Below, one piece after another: positions 26,530 through 41,199 of a stretch of DNA of 64,000 nt. Numbering within the stretch: the stretch's first letter is position 1; every line of letters starts with the position of its first letter. The stretch lies in contig CM061253.1 in the NCBI GenBank assembly GCA_022605425.2, forward strand, positions 620,001 to 684,000. The letters run 5' to 3'. A program made the translations under genes and the position numbers. The notes under the pieces were generated by a model, which had not been told where the DNA came from, searched no databases, and saw only the letters and a list, made by a program, of their open reading frames with translations. The stretch comes from Hamiltosporidium tvaerminnensis FI-OER-3-3. Taxonomy: Eukaryota; Fungi; Microsporidia.

Positions 26530-28862
26530 TTATTATACTTCAACAGATAACTCTACTTTTTGTGGTGAAAAAATATTTGGCTCAAATTCTTCAGTAAAAT
26601 GAACAATTTGAGCATCATCATAGCATGAATCGATAGCAGCAAATCTATAATACTCCAATCTTTCGAAGTATATTCCCCTCAGACTCTCATAGCTCTTATT
26701 TATAAATTCACAATATAGAAGTGTTAAATTTTTTAAACTTTTTAATTTAGAAATAAAAAAACATCCTGTGTGGTTATATCAACCGAATTTAAAACCAGAT
26801 TTTCTATAATATACTTTTTTCCTCATCAAATAATTCCGAAAATGAATTTTCCAATAAAAAACAATTGATTAAATCAAAAGATATCAAATTTTCTAAATTT
26901 CCTAACATTTTCTTATCATTTTTTCCAATATAAAAACCATAGAGACTCGGAGTCTTTAATCTGATCATTCTCTTTTTAAAAAATATATTTCTAATAGTTC
27001 CATCTGGAAAATTACTACCTAAACATAAATTTTCCGTAATATCTGTATCAAAATCAAAATTTTGACAGGATTTCATAGAATATTTAGAAATAATTGACAC
27101 AACTTTAAAAGTTTTTGTTGCTATGAATTGAATAAAATTTTTTAAAAAAAGAATTTTATAGATATGATCTCCATTTAGATACACCTTTTCCAGATTCTTT
27201 AACGATTTAAGCAAAAATGGAAGTGAAAGACTATCGCAGTTTTCTTCGGTTAAAAAGGAAAACTCCAAAATTGTATTATTATCTGGCAGAAAATATCCAT
27301 CTTGAATATTTCTATTTGATGAACAATTAAAATTGATTTTCTAATATTTGCTAAACTTAGTATTTTACATATTTTTTGTTTATCGATTTAATATTCTTCT
27401 ATCTCAATTTCTTATATTTTATTAAAAGACAATACTTCAGAAAATAAGTTTTGCTTTGCCACTATCGAAAAAAAATCTACTTTTAGTCTTTTAAGATTCT
27501 CTAGAGATTTTAAAAAGACTAAAATTAAAAAAAATAATTCTTCTATTTCCTCTTAAATTGTGTTTGTTTGTATAATAAAACGTTTGCCATTTTAGCTTGA
27601 AACAGAATTTTCTAAATGAATTAATTTTAGAATTTTCTCATCAAAATCCGATACAAAAATATATTTTTTTACTACCACAGTAGCACAAAGATCGCTATTA
27701 GTTTTAAAAGATTTCTCATTTTCTTCATCAAAGTAATTAAAAATAACGTTTATTTTCTGTAAATGATTAAATTTTTTTAAAAATGTTTTATTCGTTGTTT
27801 CAATGATTGAATCTAAAATTTAAATACATTTTTAATTCTTAAAAACAACATTTTCTAATAAATTATGAATCTTATCTGTAATGTGTACGCTAGAAATTAT
27901 TATTTCATAAATATTATCTATAAATAAGTTTTTAGATGCATTAATAAGGAAATAATCGGTGTTATGCGAAAAAAAAAGCATATTTGGTAACGCAAAAAAT
28001 TTCAAAGAAAAAATAAAGAATATTAAAAAATAAGGTTGAATTTCGATAATTTTTTTACAGATAAACAAGTCTCTATATCAGGAAGTGTGTAAAAAAACAA
28101 ATTGTTATCTAAATACTCAATTGTATATTCTTTTGTCAGTAAAGGAAACAGATTATATTCAAGAAAATCCTCATCATAGAAATTTTCAGAAAATACTATT
28201 CTTTTAATTTTTTTACAAATTATTTCTGAAAATTGTAATGGTAAATTAAATTCTTTTTTAATTTCAAAAGCTTCTTTTTTCAATTCTTTTCTATCACATT
28301 CTAGAACGGAAAACAATTTATAAATTAAAATGGAAATAATTTTTTCTAAATGCCAATTAAGTTCAATTTCCAAATATTCAAATATACTTATTATTTGAAA
28401 AAAATCACGTAAAAAAAATTTTTCTACCGGAAGATAGAAGGATTCCATAAAATTTATAAAAATCAGAAAATCGTTATAACTATATTCCCAAACATTTAAT
28501 ATTTTCGTATTATCAGTATTTAAGTTGATTTTTGAAATTTTATTAAATTGTAACTTATTTTTTTCTATATTTTTTAAAACAATTTCTTTTACTTCTTTTG
28601 TCTTTTTTAAACTTCTAATATATTAAAACTCGTTTTTTCTTCTCATTCGAGCGTTTTTGGTGCCAGACTGGCTTGATTCTTCTTTGATAAAACGATTTTG
28701 ACCAACAATAATATCATCATTTACTTTTGACTCATATCTATTAAATCTAAAAACGACATCTATATTTCTACATCTAGATAAAAAAAGAAGTAGAAATATT
28801 TTCAGCCCTACGTATATTTGATATGAACTAAATATCTTATTTAACCCGTAATGCTATGTCAT
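26530..28862 (-). pseudogene. Disrupted paralogue of the signal-peptide/LRR protein family
   Basis: Minus-strand fragments IFLLLFLSRCRNIDVVFRF (cf. IFLVCLILLIKNIKADMSILFHF), DFFQIISIFEYL (cf. DDFILLIHILDMF), LKNLEKVYL and SFSELFDEEK (cf. SFFEIFDIKK). In-frame stops and frameshifts. Confidence 0.8.
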
Positions 28863-31199
28863 AACGATATCTTTGGTCTTCTAATTTTTAATTTAAAAAA
28901 TAAAATGATATTTTTAATTTTTCAGACAAATCAGGTATTGAGAAATATTTTGTGCAAAAAACTCTAAAAAAATATAAAGTATAAAGTAATACCGAAAGTT
29001 TATTAAAAAAAAAGGTTATAGCATGTGAAAATCTTATTTTGCCCTCCGTATTTAAACACTCAAAATCATAACAGCCGTAATACGAAAGTCTAAATATATA
29101 ATATTATGCCAATTCGAATGTATATATCCTAAAATACCTAACTAGATCAATTTTATTATCCGTTTCCAGGGCTTCTACGTATGAATCAATGACATGACAG
29201 ATGCTGTTATGAAATTATTTCAAACGAAACTTTAGCTATAGTATTACGTATAAACTAAAATCTACAAAGTCTAATAATAAAACACCTCCTGACTTTTATT
29301 CTAAATTCAGAGAACGAAGCAGAAAAATACTTAAAAGGTCAAGAAAACTTCATATAAATTACAATGTAAAATTTATATCAAAATTATATTTCGATTTGCA
29401 AATCGTTTAGTACATAATAAACTAAAATACAAACAAAAAGAAAAGAATAGCATAGAACATAGAATTGCACTTTTCTCGGTAAGTGATTTTTCTTTCTAGA
29501 AATTATTCAGTATATTAAACTTAAAGATATATTTTAATTTAAAAAACGATTTTAAATATAAAAATTTAAAAGAGATTGTACGGAGTTGAAAATTTCGAAA
29601 TTGTCATATACAAGAGTTCTAGATGTTATTGAGCAAAGGCCGTTGAATATCATGAATTAAATATATTATTTCTTATTATATGCGTTGCTTTTATTATAAA
29701 AACTGTAATTATAGTCTTGCAAGGACCTAAATGAAATGAGTTCGGGTTCTTTCAGAAAGAAAAAATGAATTGATAGATTTTTAAGTCTGTGTTTTTAAAA
29801 TATATTTTAAAAAAACATTTAGCATGTAAACTTACTTTTTTAAAAAAAAGCTATTAAGAAAAATAAAAATATCAGTAGGTAAAATCTCAAATCAGACATA
29901 CAAAATGATTCTGGAAGTCTAGTTGAATAAAATTAGTCCTTGTATTTTACTACAAAAACTTGCTGAGTTCAAAAAATAGGAAACAATTCCGAAAAAAGAA
30001 TCAAAATGTAAAGTTTTTCCAAGTGGATATTATTTGGGTTGTCTAAATGAGTTGGAACTAAAGATATGTTTAGTTTTGAATAATTTGTTAGATATTAGTT
30101 CACAATTTGAAAAAAATACAAGGTCGAGTACAAGGATTATCAAATGTCATTTGTATAGATAAGGCAGGACTACTTTTCTGTACTTTATGACTTCAAAAAT
30201 ATCATTAATCAGGCTTTTTGACAACAAAGCATCGGAAATTAATCGCTTTAATATTTCTTCATCGAGAAACTTATGACTATTAATTACTGTCTTTTTAAAA
30301 TTTTTTTATAGCTTGTTTCTTTTTATACCGATGGAATACAATCCATAAGTGAATCAAATCTTTTCTGGATTAAGATAAGCGTTCCAAATACATTTTTTTG
30401 ATTGGTTAGGTTATCACCCAAACCCAATATTCTTGTATTAAAGATAAAGAGTGCCCGTGCCAGGTATTAAACCCAGTCTTTGGAAGTAAATTCTATTATC
30501 CTGCCTCCTAGTAATTTGCGCTCTTTTTTATATCAAACAAGTATAAAATTTAATAGCAACTTATTAAGCTGAATGGCTCCATAGCGGCTCACATATCTGA
30601 TCCAAAGGCCTTCACAAAAAGTATTGAGATAAATGCCAAGCATTCTATGTTACATCTTTGTCAACATAGACATATTTTATACAATGATCGTTCATGTTGT
30701 CGTAGACACGTGGGGTGCCTGGCGAAATCAATTAGGATCGTTAGAACTTGTTAAGGAACAAAAAAAACAGTCATTTTAGAAGTCTGCGTTTATAATGAGT
30801 ATAAAACCAAGTATCGTGCACATGTATTGGTGTCAAAATAAATATATACTAGAAAATGATATTTCTACTAAAAAATTCAAAGTCTTGAATTCTTCTGATT
30901 AAATCTTAAAATATCTTAAGACAACAATATCAAAATAAAAATATGCACAGACTGGCCCGAAAAATCAATTACCTGAAAGATTGAAATAGAAAAAATTCGG
31001 TTATATGATTTTTATATCCTAAATCTAATAATATTTAGGGATTTATTGAGATAAAGCTGTAGGAATAAATCTGCGAAGATAACAATATACACGAATATGG
31101 TTCTCTTGTCTTCAAAAGCAATCCTTTCATTGATCTTCATAAATTCCTCGCAAACATAAGTAAATTATTGTGTTTATGACCCATAGTGTATTGTGTATA

Positions 31200-31520
31200 A
31201 AACCAAAGGTGAGCGATTAATAGACAAAGGTGAGCTATTATAATGCGATGAACAAATTTTATAAAAACATTTAAACGGTCTAAGTTTAAGTAAATATTTA
31301 CAATGACAAATATACCAAACCGGCATGGTATGTTGGTTCTTTGGTTGGTAAAATAAAAGTTTATACGGATACCCCAATACTTTATTTAATTATAAAAACA
31401 TATGGAATTTGTGGAATTCACTTCATAGGCATTCGATATCGCTTATTACCTACTTCCTGAAAATAGTTATAGTTTAACATGCGAATTTTGTAGCAGTTTA
31501 TCGTGATGTACCTACATTTT
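31200..31520 (+). mobile_element. piggyBac-type transposase relic
   Basis: Remnants CDEQIL, FKRSKFK, IPNRHG and YGYP, then SLTCEF, in the order of piggyBac motifs (IDEQL..FKGR..F.Q..P.KP..YG..GY..TCDNFF). Highly decayed; no termini found. Confidence 0.45.
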
Positions 31521-33042
31521 TAATAATGAATCAGCTTAATCTGCCTCTGAAAAGATAAAAACACCATAATGCCAGTAATAGGATTTAGAAGATATCTACA
31601 TACACTTGTCTATTCGAAAACATATGATTTCAACCTTTATATTATCAATAAAAATATAGAGAAAGATATACAAGAAAAATAGAATAATCCAAGAAATGAA
31701 TATTAAATCTATTTTAAACCGATAAAAAAAACTTCTTTCGAGTTAAAAAAAACGAGTTAAACGAAATTTTTAAAAAAAATATAGAGATCCCAATATTAAA
31801 AACAAGTATAAACACATCAAAACCATAAAATTCTATTCAAGACTTAGAATATAAAAATATTAACCTCTTTGGTGACTATATCTATCAAAAAGTCTAAAGA
31901 AGTACAATATTACTCAAAAAAGCCTTTTTGTGAAAATTTTATAAATTATTTTCCAAAAGCAGAAAAATAATGCTAATATTATAGAAATTTTAAAAGTTCG
32001 TATGAAATCATCTGATTAGAATTATAAAAATTATTGAGAATGACTATAAAGAGTGATTCTATTAGTTAGTAGCTTTTATTTATTTCTCATTACTGTCAAA
32101 AATCCAAGACTAAATACGAAAAAAAGCATCCGGCTCAAAAAATCTATTAAATCTCGTATTTCTTAAGGAGAGTCAACATTGAATGAATACTTATTCCAAA
32201 TTACTAGATAATAACATAATATATCCAATCAAACTTTCACAGAACCAATGTTAATACCTTTGAATTTGTTCAAGTTCATAAGACTCCCTAATATACTTAA
32301 AGCAAATAACCCAAGAATTTACAAATTATTAGCTCATAAGCTGAATTTTGTTCTTATATATAGTGTTTTTCGATTCTTTATACCACAAAAGTAGAATTTA
32401 ACGCAATAATATATGATTTATTTTAAGAAGTCTCACCTCCAGTAAAAATTAGTAATATTCGCATATATTTTATAAAAAAAACAGTTAAATTTAGTTATTT
32501 TTTTAGACAAAAACTTAAAATAAAGACAAATTTATTTGAGAACTGCATAAGAGACAATAAAGATGTTATACAAGTAGCAAGATATCAAATAATCCATATG
32601 TTCTTACTCACATGCACAAATGAAAAAGAAACAGTAAACAACATCCAATTTATTTAAACTCTATTCTATGAGAAAATGATATCAAAAATTATTCATTTAT
32701 TCAAAATTTTGAAGGAATTGAATAAAAAGAACATGAAAGAAGTAATATAAAACAAACAAGAAGTAGAAAAATAATTTATTAAGTTTTAAATGAAATTAAT
32801 GTTAAATTTTTTCTTTCATTCTAAACTTTTATTTCTTTTATAATTTATGTAAAAATAACAGATAAAAAATTTATATAAATTACAATTTTAAAATATATTT
32901 AATATTAATAATCTTTGATAATAGTAATTTAAAATTTATATTTTTCAAATAACGAATCATTATTTCTTATTATTGTTCAGTTGAATATTTAATTTATATA
33001 AATGTATATTAATAATCCGTTAAATTATTTAGTACAAATTTA

Positions 33043-33266
33043 TTATTATTTTCTTTTTTATTAAAATTATTTGCTACTCAAAAGTCATTATAAAATAAAC
33101 TTTACTCTAAAATTATTATTTTCTTTTTTTAATAAAATTATTTGCTACTCAGTACTCATTATAAAATAAACTTTATTCTAGAATTTATTATTTTCTTTTT
33201 TTATTAAAATTATTTGCTACTCAGAACTCATTATAAAATAAACTTTATTCTCAAATTATTATTTTT
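33043..33266. repeat. Three tandem copies of a ~72-bp AT-rich unit
   Basis: ttattattttcttttttattaaaattatttgctactca...cattataaaataaacttta.tct occurs three times. Confidence 0.9.
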
Positions 33267-33467
33267 ACCAAAAAATGTAATAATTAATTCACACCCTACG
33301 AATTTCTATTTTTTTTCTTCCCAATAAATAATAAAAATATTTTTTTAATTTTTTTTTTCCAAAAACAAATATATTACAAAACAAAATGTAAAAAATTAAT
33401 TTGTTAAAATTTAAATTTAATAGAAACAGCATTACATGATCACTTTATTAAGCTGTACACAACACTT

Positions 33468-33794
33468 CTATCTTTTCCCTAACGCATAGATACCACTAAA
33501 TGCGAATATAACAAGAATAATGAATACAAGGTATATAACATATTTATAGTATTTGTAAACCATTTCTTTTCTCTTTTTTCCAGATCTTTTAGCAAGAGCA
33601 GAAGTTTTTATATCTAATTCTGAAGATTTACGTAAAAGTACTTGTAACTCATCATTTCTTCCAGACATATCCATCAATATATCTCTATACGTTTTTGCTA
33701 TGTGATTAGCTGTTTCATAAGCCTTGTTTGACACTATTTTGGTATCCTTGTTTTCTTTTTCGTCTTTTGCAGTGAGAAATACTTTTGGTTTCAT
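33468..33794 (-). CDS. R-SNARE (synaptobrevin/VAMP-like)
   Basis: 108 aa. Heptad region ILMDMSGRNDELQVLLRKSSEL with a central R layer, basic linker and C-terminal TM helix; ccccttaaaaATG start. Confidence 0.8.
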   Translation of the reverse strand: MKPKVFLTAKDEKENKDTKIVSNKAYETANHIAKTYRDILMDMSGRNDELQVLLRKSSELDIKTSALAKRSGKKRKEMVYKYYKYVIYLVFIILVIFAFSGIYALGKR

Positions 33795-34464
33795 TTTTAA
33801 GGGGTAGAAAATATAAAATTTTAAATATCAAAAAAATCGATAAGCAAACTTTAAAGGGGATTCTTTTTTTATTGGGGGGTTTTATTTTATTAAAAAAATG
33901 GTTAAGCATTTTAAAGGGGATAATTTTTTTTTATTGGTTGATAAATTTTTTTATGAAATATCGTTTGATATTTAAAAAAAATATAAGGAAAGGGGGGGAT
34001 TTAATAATAACGTATAAATATCAGTCTATGATTAAAAAAAATGATACTTTTTTGTGAAATATTAATGTAAAATTACTTATAAGGAATATTCAATAGGAAT
34101 AGTTGTTTTTGAGATAATAAAAGAAATAATTTATCATAAAGAAATCCTAAAAGTCAATAAATATATATTTTTATTGCTCAAAGCATAGGTTTTGTAATTG
34201 TCTGCTTTTCTAAATATAATTTATTTAAAATTTTTTTAATTTTTAATTTTACTTCAGAGTTTATAATTCTAACGTAAAAAGAAGAAAAATATTGATATGT
34301 ATTTAAATGTAGAATAGTATGCATTTGATTTAAAAAAAATAGTTTAATCTAAAATATATTATGGTTTACTTCTTAAATATTAAGTTATAACGTTTTACAA
34401 CTTATTTTCATATGTTTTTTCGAATTGTATATTATTGGTAATTAAATATTGTGAGAAAGTGAGA

Positions 34465-37400
34465 GAATTATAATATGGGTAGAAAGAAAAATGTTGGCAG
34501 CGAAATATCAAAAAATACCAAAATAAAGGCTGCAAACGACGCTGATGAGGTGAAGAAGAGTGATAGTGGTAAACAAAAATGTAAGCTACACCCACCGGCG
34601 ATCTCCCTACCTTCCTCCTCCTACACAACAATAACACATTCACCACCAAGCCAAACATGCAGTAACATGCAAAATAGTGGGCTTGCCTCCTTACCTTCGC
34701 CTAATACACCCCTTCACTCTTCGGTTGAAGTCTCTGCATGCGAGCCATCGTACTACATGACAAACCCCTGTGCTCTAGCTATTCCGGAAGGTAACAGGCT
34801 AATGGCATTGCAGACGATATTCGATTCCGTAACAGCCGACTCGAAGGAATGGCCTCAAATTGTTTTTTTTGCAGTACAGACAAGGTTTGAAAGAATGCCA
34901 AAAAATGGCTGGACAGAGCTTCACGGGTACTATAATGAGAAATTCGGCTGCACTGAAACTCTCGAAATGTTAAAAAAATTGGCACAAATTGAGATGGGAA
35001 AGGAAGTAAAATCAGAAGAGAATGGAGAGCGACGTAGAATCGCCACTTGTCTCGCTGATACATGCACCTTGACCGACACCACGGAGTACATAAACTTGAG
35101 AGATAAATTCTTGAGTAAAATCAAAGAAATTTCGGAGAAGGAAATTAGAAAAGTGGTAGTCTGAACTCGAAAGCTTCCAAGTAAATTGGTTGACAGTAAA
35201 GTTCTGAATCTCATTAATCGAGTAGTCGGTGAATATGCAGGAGCTCATGTGCCGATGACGATAAATGCAGTGGCAAGGATAATCCAGACAGCCCAGGTAT
35301 ACTATGACGAGGCAACACGTAAAGAGAAGCCTAGATCCGCTTGGAAGGAAAACATAGAAAGTAAAATTTCTAAGTTAGTACTTTCCAAAGATCTTCTCGA
35401 GAAGGCTCGTAAGCAGGAAAAGCTCCCCACTTCGGAAACGAAGAGCCTTAAGAAAATCATGCGAGAGTTTAATTTAAACTTGAGCAGTGTAACTGATATT
35501 TCTAAGGCTTTAGCTAAAAAGAATGAGTCTTTGAATGTTTACGAGAAAAAAATTACGATGTATGAGAGTAGGAAGCGATTCCGAAAAGAGAATAGTATGT
35601 TTGAGCTTTTCCGAGGTCGATTTTATCGTGGGTTATCTGAGCGTGTGGAATCCTAGCATGTGGTTAGTCGTGATGAAATTGTAAGTTTTTGGTCTACAAT
35701 TGGAACAAAAATGATGACGCAATCACGTATGATGATTATTTGATTCCTTTTGTATCAGATAATCATCCGACCACGTTCCCTTCACTTGATGAATTTGTAA
35801 ATATCATTAATTGGCTCCCCAATTGGAAAGCTGCTGGAATTGATGGTATTTACAATTTTTTCATTAAGAAACTTAAACTCTTCACAAATATATTTATGAT
35901 ATTTTGAAAGTTATATGTTATGAAGGAACACCTCAAGCTGATTGGTTTTACTGCGGGCTTACGTATTTGATACCGAAAGGAATTCCACGAAGAGGCTCTG
36001 ACTACAGGCCAATCGCTTGTATGTCCAACCTCTATAAGTTAACGACAAAGTGTGTAACAAAGGTCGTTCAACTTGAAGTGAATAGGTGAATATTGCTTGC
36101 AGAGAACCAGTTGGGAGCAGTTAGAGATGTACAGGGAGCAAAAGAGCAGGCTCTACTGAATATTGCCTTAAATTAAGAGTATGGAAATAATCTTAAAGCA
36201 ATATTGATTGATGTTAGAAAAGCTTATGATTCAATAGATCATGCTTATTTAACTCACTGCATTGAAAACCTTAATTTACCTGATTGGATCCTGAAATTTA
36301 TTTAGGTAATTTTATCAAAATGGAAAATTGATATATCAGTAGGGCCTGAAAAAATCATGAGCAAGAAGATTGATAGAGGGATTCTACAAGAGATAGTCTG
36401 TCACCTTTGTTATTTGTGTTGTGTATTGATCCATTAAGACGAAAGCTTAATGAAAAATACACAAAAGTGACAGTACAAACAGATACAGAATCCCATTCTA
36501 CTAACCATCTCTTGTTTATTGATGATCTAAAGCTCCTTACAAAAGACAGTTCCACATTGAGTGCTATGACAGACGAGGCAAAGGAATTTTTAGAGGTGAT
36601 TGGGTTAGAGATTAACAAAGAGAAGTCAGCCACAAATGATAAGTGTTGTGAAGATACTGCTACTCTTCTAGAAGGTGTTAGTGTTTACAAATATTTAGGA
36701 ATAATAGAATATAGCAGAGGAATTCCAACACGCAGCTCTTTTGAAGAAGTAAGGTGTTAATTTATATCAAGAGTTGAAAGACTTTGTCATAATATATTAA
36801 ACGCAAAAAAATTATTTTCTGCAATCAATCAACATGCGATATCGTTTATCAACTATGACATTAAGTACTTCGACTTGAACCGGCTAACTTCTCTAAGTTA
36901 GATGATGCAGTGCGTGCGGTGTTGGTTAAAAATAAGATACATCTCCGCCCAGGATGTAAAGAGCGTTTGTATCTTCCTAGAACAGAGCTTGGAAGAGGCC
37001 TACATAGTGTTGAGTTGCGAAACGAACATACGCTTCTGCAACTCTTGGATTGTCTGGAAAAAAGTAAAGAAATATCAACTAGACGAGCAGCAATCCTCAA
37101 GGTGGATAATAATAATAAAACCCATCTTTCACTAATAAAAGGCTTCTTAAAAGTAAAGTACAGGTTGGTAGAAGAAGTCACTAAGAAAATTTTAGAAGAA
37201 ACTCAACTTGCAAAACTATATAACGAAATATAAAAACGAAAACTCCATTCAAAGTTATATTATGCAAGAAAAAATGAGCTTGGAGTGTTTGTGACTCTTC
37301 AAGATGGTTAAAGAGAGGGAATATTAGGCCACGAAATGAAGCTGTGTTCTGCTATATCCAGGATAGAAATGTATTCTGGGGAGCAGATGGTGTGTGTCAA

Positions 37401-38272
37401 CATTGCGGCAAGTCTGGTAAGACTGTGGATCATCTAGCAACTAGATGTGAAAAAATGCTAGGCCATGATTACACCAGACGGCATAATGAAGTGGTTAGAT
37501 GCCTACACTTACTTCTCTTAAATAGATATAAGTTTAAGTCTTCAAAACGAATAAGGAGCCACTCAGTTCAAGAAATTCTTGATAATGAGTATGCAGAGAT
37601 AAGAGTGGACACCAGAATTAAAACTGATGTTAAAATTCGGAATAACAGACCGGACATATTTATTTTAGATAAGAAGAAGAATAAGATAACACTCATTGAA
37701 GTAGAAATCACTTCCCAAGATTCACTTCAAATAGTTGAAACTGAAAAACTTAGGAAATATGACCTGCTAGCCAATGAGTTTGGTCTTATTTATAAGTTTA
37801 GTGTTGAGATAATCCCTTATGTGATTACCTGGGACGGTATTGTGACAAAATACCATAAATCTCAACGACAAAGATGAGAAATACCCATGAATGTAGAGGC
37901 ATACATTCAGTCTATAGTACTTAAGAAAACAGTCCAAACAATTTCCTTTGACCGACGAAGAGGACTTGAGTCAGGACTAAATGCCGAAGAGAGCTGGGAG
38001 AGAGCGTCAATGGGTCTTATTATGAGATCAGAGATGCATGAGGAACCAATAACCCCTTTAAAAGAAGCGAAAACAGAGGAAGATGGTGCAAAAAATTTTA
38101 AACCAAAAAATAAAGCACTCTTTATTTCACAAGGAGGAACCACTTTAGAGGAACCGACCAATAACATAAATGAAGAGTCGGATTTGGAAGAAGAGACAAA
38201 AGTGGTTAAAGAGGTAGAAGAAAACATGTAAAAAATGGTAAAAATGTTTTAACCCAGAATTTTATTAAATAA
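34465..38272 (+). mobile_element. Full-length R4/Dong-type RLE non-LTR retrotransposon, inactivated, with 14-bp TSD
   Basis: RT motifs WKAAGIDGI, DYRPIACMSNLYK, HLLFIDDLKL, YKYLGI and RLYLPRTELGRGL. CCHC knuckle CQHC-x7-H-x4-C, RRHNEVV, and RPDIF...IEV...EKLRKY endonuclease. TSD gtgagaaagtgaga at 34451-34464 and 38273-38286. Confidence 0.95.
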
Positions 38273-41199
38273 GTGAGAAAGTGAGATATTAAAGTAAAAG
38301 GATTGTTTGAATAATATTGGTCAGAAAATAATACAAGTTAAAATTAGGTAAAAAAATGTTTTTATTCAAATATATTTGGTATTACAGCAGCTGTACCAGT
38401 AGATTAAGAATTTGAAATAATTAATCTTTTTTTTATAATAAAATCTAAGAATTATGATGAAATTCTGGAAAAGAAATTTAACTAGAAAATCTTATAAAAA
38501 TAAATATGGAATCGGTTTCTTTGATAGACAGATATATAAGAAAATAAAAAATATGAACATAAAAAAAAACTGGAAAAAAATAGATTATTTTAAGGAATAT
38601 TTTATAGTAAAAATCTAGATAAAGAATGGAAGATTGGCGATAGCCTTATTTTACAATAAAATAAATTGTTATATTTTGTAAATATTTCATTTCTTAAATT
38701 GTAAAAATATATTTAAAACTTGATATAAATTAGTATTTAAATAAAAATATAAGCAATAATTTTATACAAGAAAAGTTACGAAGGAAGTGCTAATTAATAG
38801 TAGAAAGATTGATCTAACGTTTTAATACTTCCTGGAATGTTTTGTGCTAGATCTTTATATCACACTAGTGGTAAAATTTCGGTTCATGGTATTTTTTGTA
38901 GAAATCAATGTTTTTGTGCTATCAATACACGATATCATATTATTTTGCTCGAGTATCACACACATGTTACTTTCTTAGTATGTAAAAATATAATTACTGA
39001 GCACGATAATTCGTAATTAATAAAATAAAGTCAAATGCTCTGGATTTCCACGAATTAGAAACTATTATAACACACGGCCTAAAAAGAATCCTTGATATAC
39101 TCTTTTCAACGCTATAATAGGAAGAAAATTTATGAACGAAATTATATTCTTTGGATAACTTGAAAATAAAATGGTTTGTACTGGGAGAAAAAAGAATACT
39201 GAAAATAGTAGCAGAAACTCACTCTCGACTGTAAAAACACAAACACAATGCTCTAATATCGTTAATGACCTTGAAATTCCGAATAATCAACCTATTAAAA
39301 AATCTATCTCCACAATAATGCATATGCATACAAATTTATTATAAGATAATTCACCAAAGGCTAAACTGAAAGCCTACATGGTTGGCATGTTTTGCGTTAA
39401 GATCGAGATATGCGAGTCGATATATCGATTTAGCTACAAGTTAACACTACTCTTAGTAGATAATTAGATTCGAAAATTTAACGAGTCTGCTACAACTGGA
39501 ACTTTAGTGGTTTAAAGCAAGCAATTATAGTAAAATATAAATATTTGTTGGATAAATTGTATTTTTTTTTGAATTGTAAAGAATAAACACAGATAAAATA
39601 AACGTGGGTTTACCTTTTTTGGTTAAATTAAAATAATTGTAAAGAAAAAAAAAAGAAATGAGGGAAAAAAACCACTCATTGAAATCAAATTTATATAAAT
39701 TTAAAAATTATTTTTTTAACAAAGAAAAATAATTTTAAATCAAAACTTTTTCTTTTTTAGGAGATTCAATATCTTTTTAATTTGAAAAAATACTCTCTTC
39801 ATATGAATAATAAAAACTTTAGGTTTCAAATGAACTTATTATAAGAATGAAGACAACTTCATCTTTATTGACAATATAGGTAAAAAATACCAATTATTCG
39901 TCGGAATTCAGCATTTCATCTCTGTTTTGAAGAAAGTTTTAAAATATTGAATTTTATTGTGTATTTTTTATTACACTAATCAAAGTATTGCTTGCAATCT
40001 ATATGACGCTTAGATTTTATACTTTTTAAAAATTCAAGACACCAACTTACAGCATTTTTTATGTCCTTTTTTCGTTCTATCATTACAATAATTGATCTTA
40101 TCAGTTCAACTCATCAAAACAACTATTCTCGCTAAAGGAATGGATTAATCCGTTTTTTTTATTCCAATTTCTTATCTCATATTGATATTTATGGTAATAT
40201 ATTGAAAGAGGAATTCATAAAGAGTAATCTTTGGATCCGATCTTTTTGATCTATAAAAAAACCCTTGAAAATTAAGTACTCTCTAGTCTTATAGTATTGT
40301 TTTTTATACTATCTTGATTATTTATAGCTTCTTTATTTAACTTTCTTTATATCAGGCTCTATAATAAAGCGATTTGTTTTAATGTAGCTAACCCGGTGAA
40401 AACAAGCTTAATTTAAACTTGAAAAGTTCTAAACGCGTATATGATAGAACAAAGATTATTTTGAAACTGTTTCTAATCAGTTAAAATTCTTCTAATACCT
40501 TCTTACTAAGAATATGTATATAATTGTAAATCAATTCATAATTATATCGAAGTAATTAATATTTTAAAATGTGATGATAAAAAAATAAGAGAATATGATT
40601 TGAGAAGTTATCTTAAATATATTCAAAAGTGTCAAAAATCTTTAGCGGACAAAATATGCAATTAAATTGATTGTGTTAACATCTATATTTAACCATAAAA
40701 ATTTTATTTTCATAATGTAGGAATAATCTAAATTTTAAATTTAGTAAATATAAGAGAAAGAATACAAATTCAAATACGATTTTAAATATAAAAAAAAAAT
40801 TTATTTTATATAAATTTAGGAATATAAAACCGCTTTGTTTTATACACAATGGTTTTTATAAATATTCTGGCTTTTCTTAATAATCTGGCATTGGTCACCG
40901 GTATCTTTAATATAAACAATAGCACAATTTGAGTTTCTCACCTAGGAAATGCCAAACATCTTTGCCTATACTAAAAACAGGATTTGGAAGCAAAATACTA
41001 ACTTCGAGGAAACTTTAAGCTTATAAATTAATATTTTCAGTTCAAAACCAACTTCTGGAATTTTTTTCAATTGAAATGAAAGACCTGTATCCGATTACAA
41101 TCGATTTTATTAAGAATTAAAAAATAATTTTTTGAAAACCCGAAAATAACTCCGCTTCAACAATCTTCGTTTCAATTTCATACATAATTAGCGTAGTAA

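Noticed and set aside
33043-33266. Tandem repeats here and at 48079-48320 as CRISPR arrays
   Set aside because: No unique spacers, no cas genes, and the genome is eukaryotic.
34395-38227. Minus-strand ORFs overlapping RLE elements, and short ORFs such as 1210-1563, 33785-34057, 44490-44696 and 62124-62351
   Set aside because: Antisense shadows of TE or gene frames, or low-complexity AT-rich chance ORFs with no motifs.
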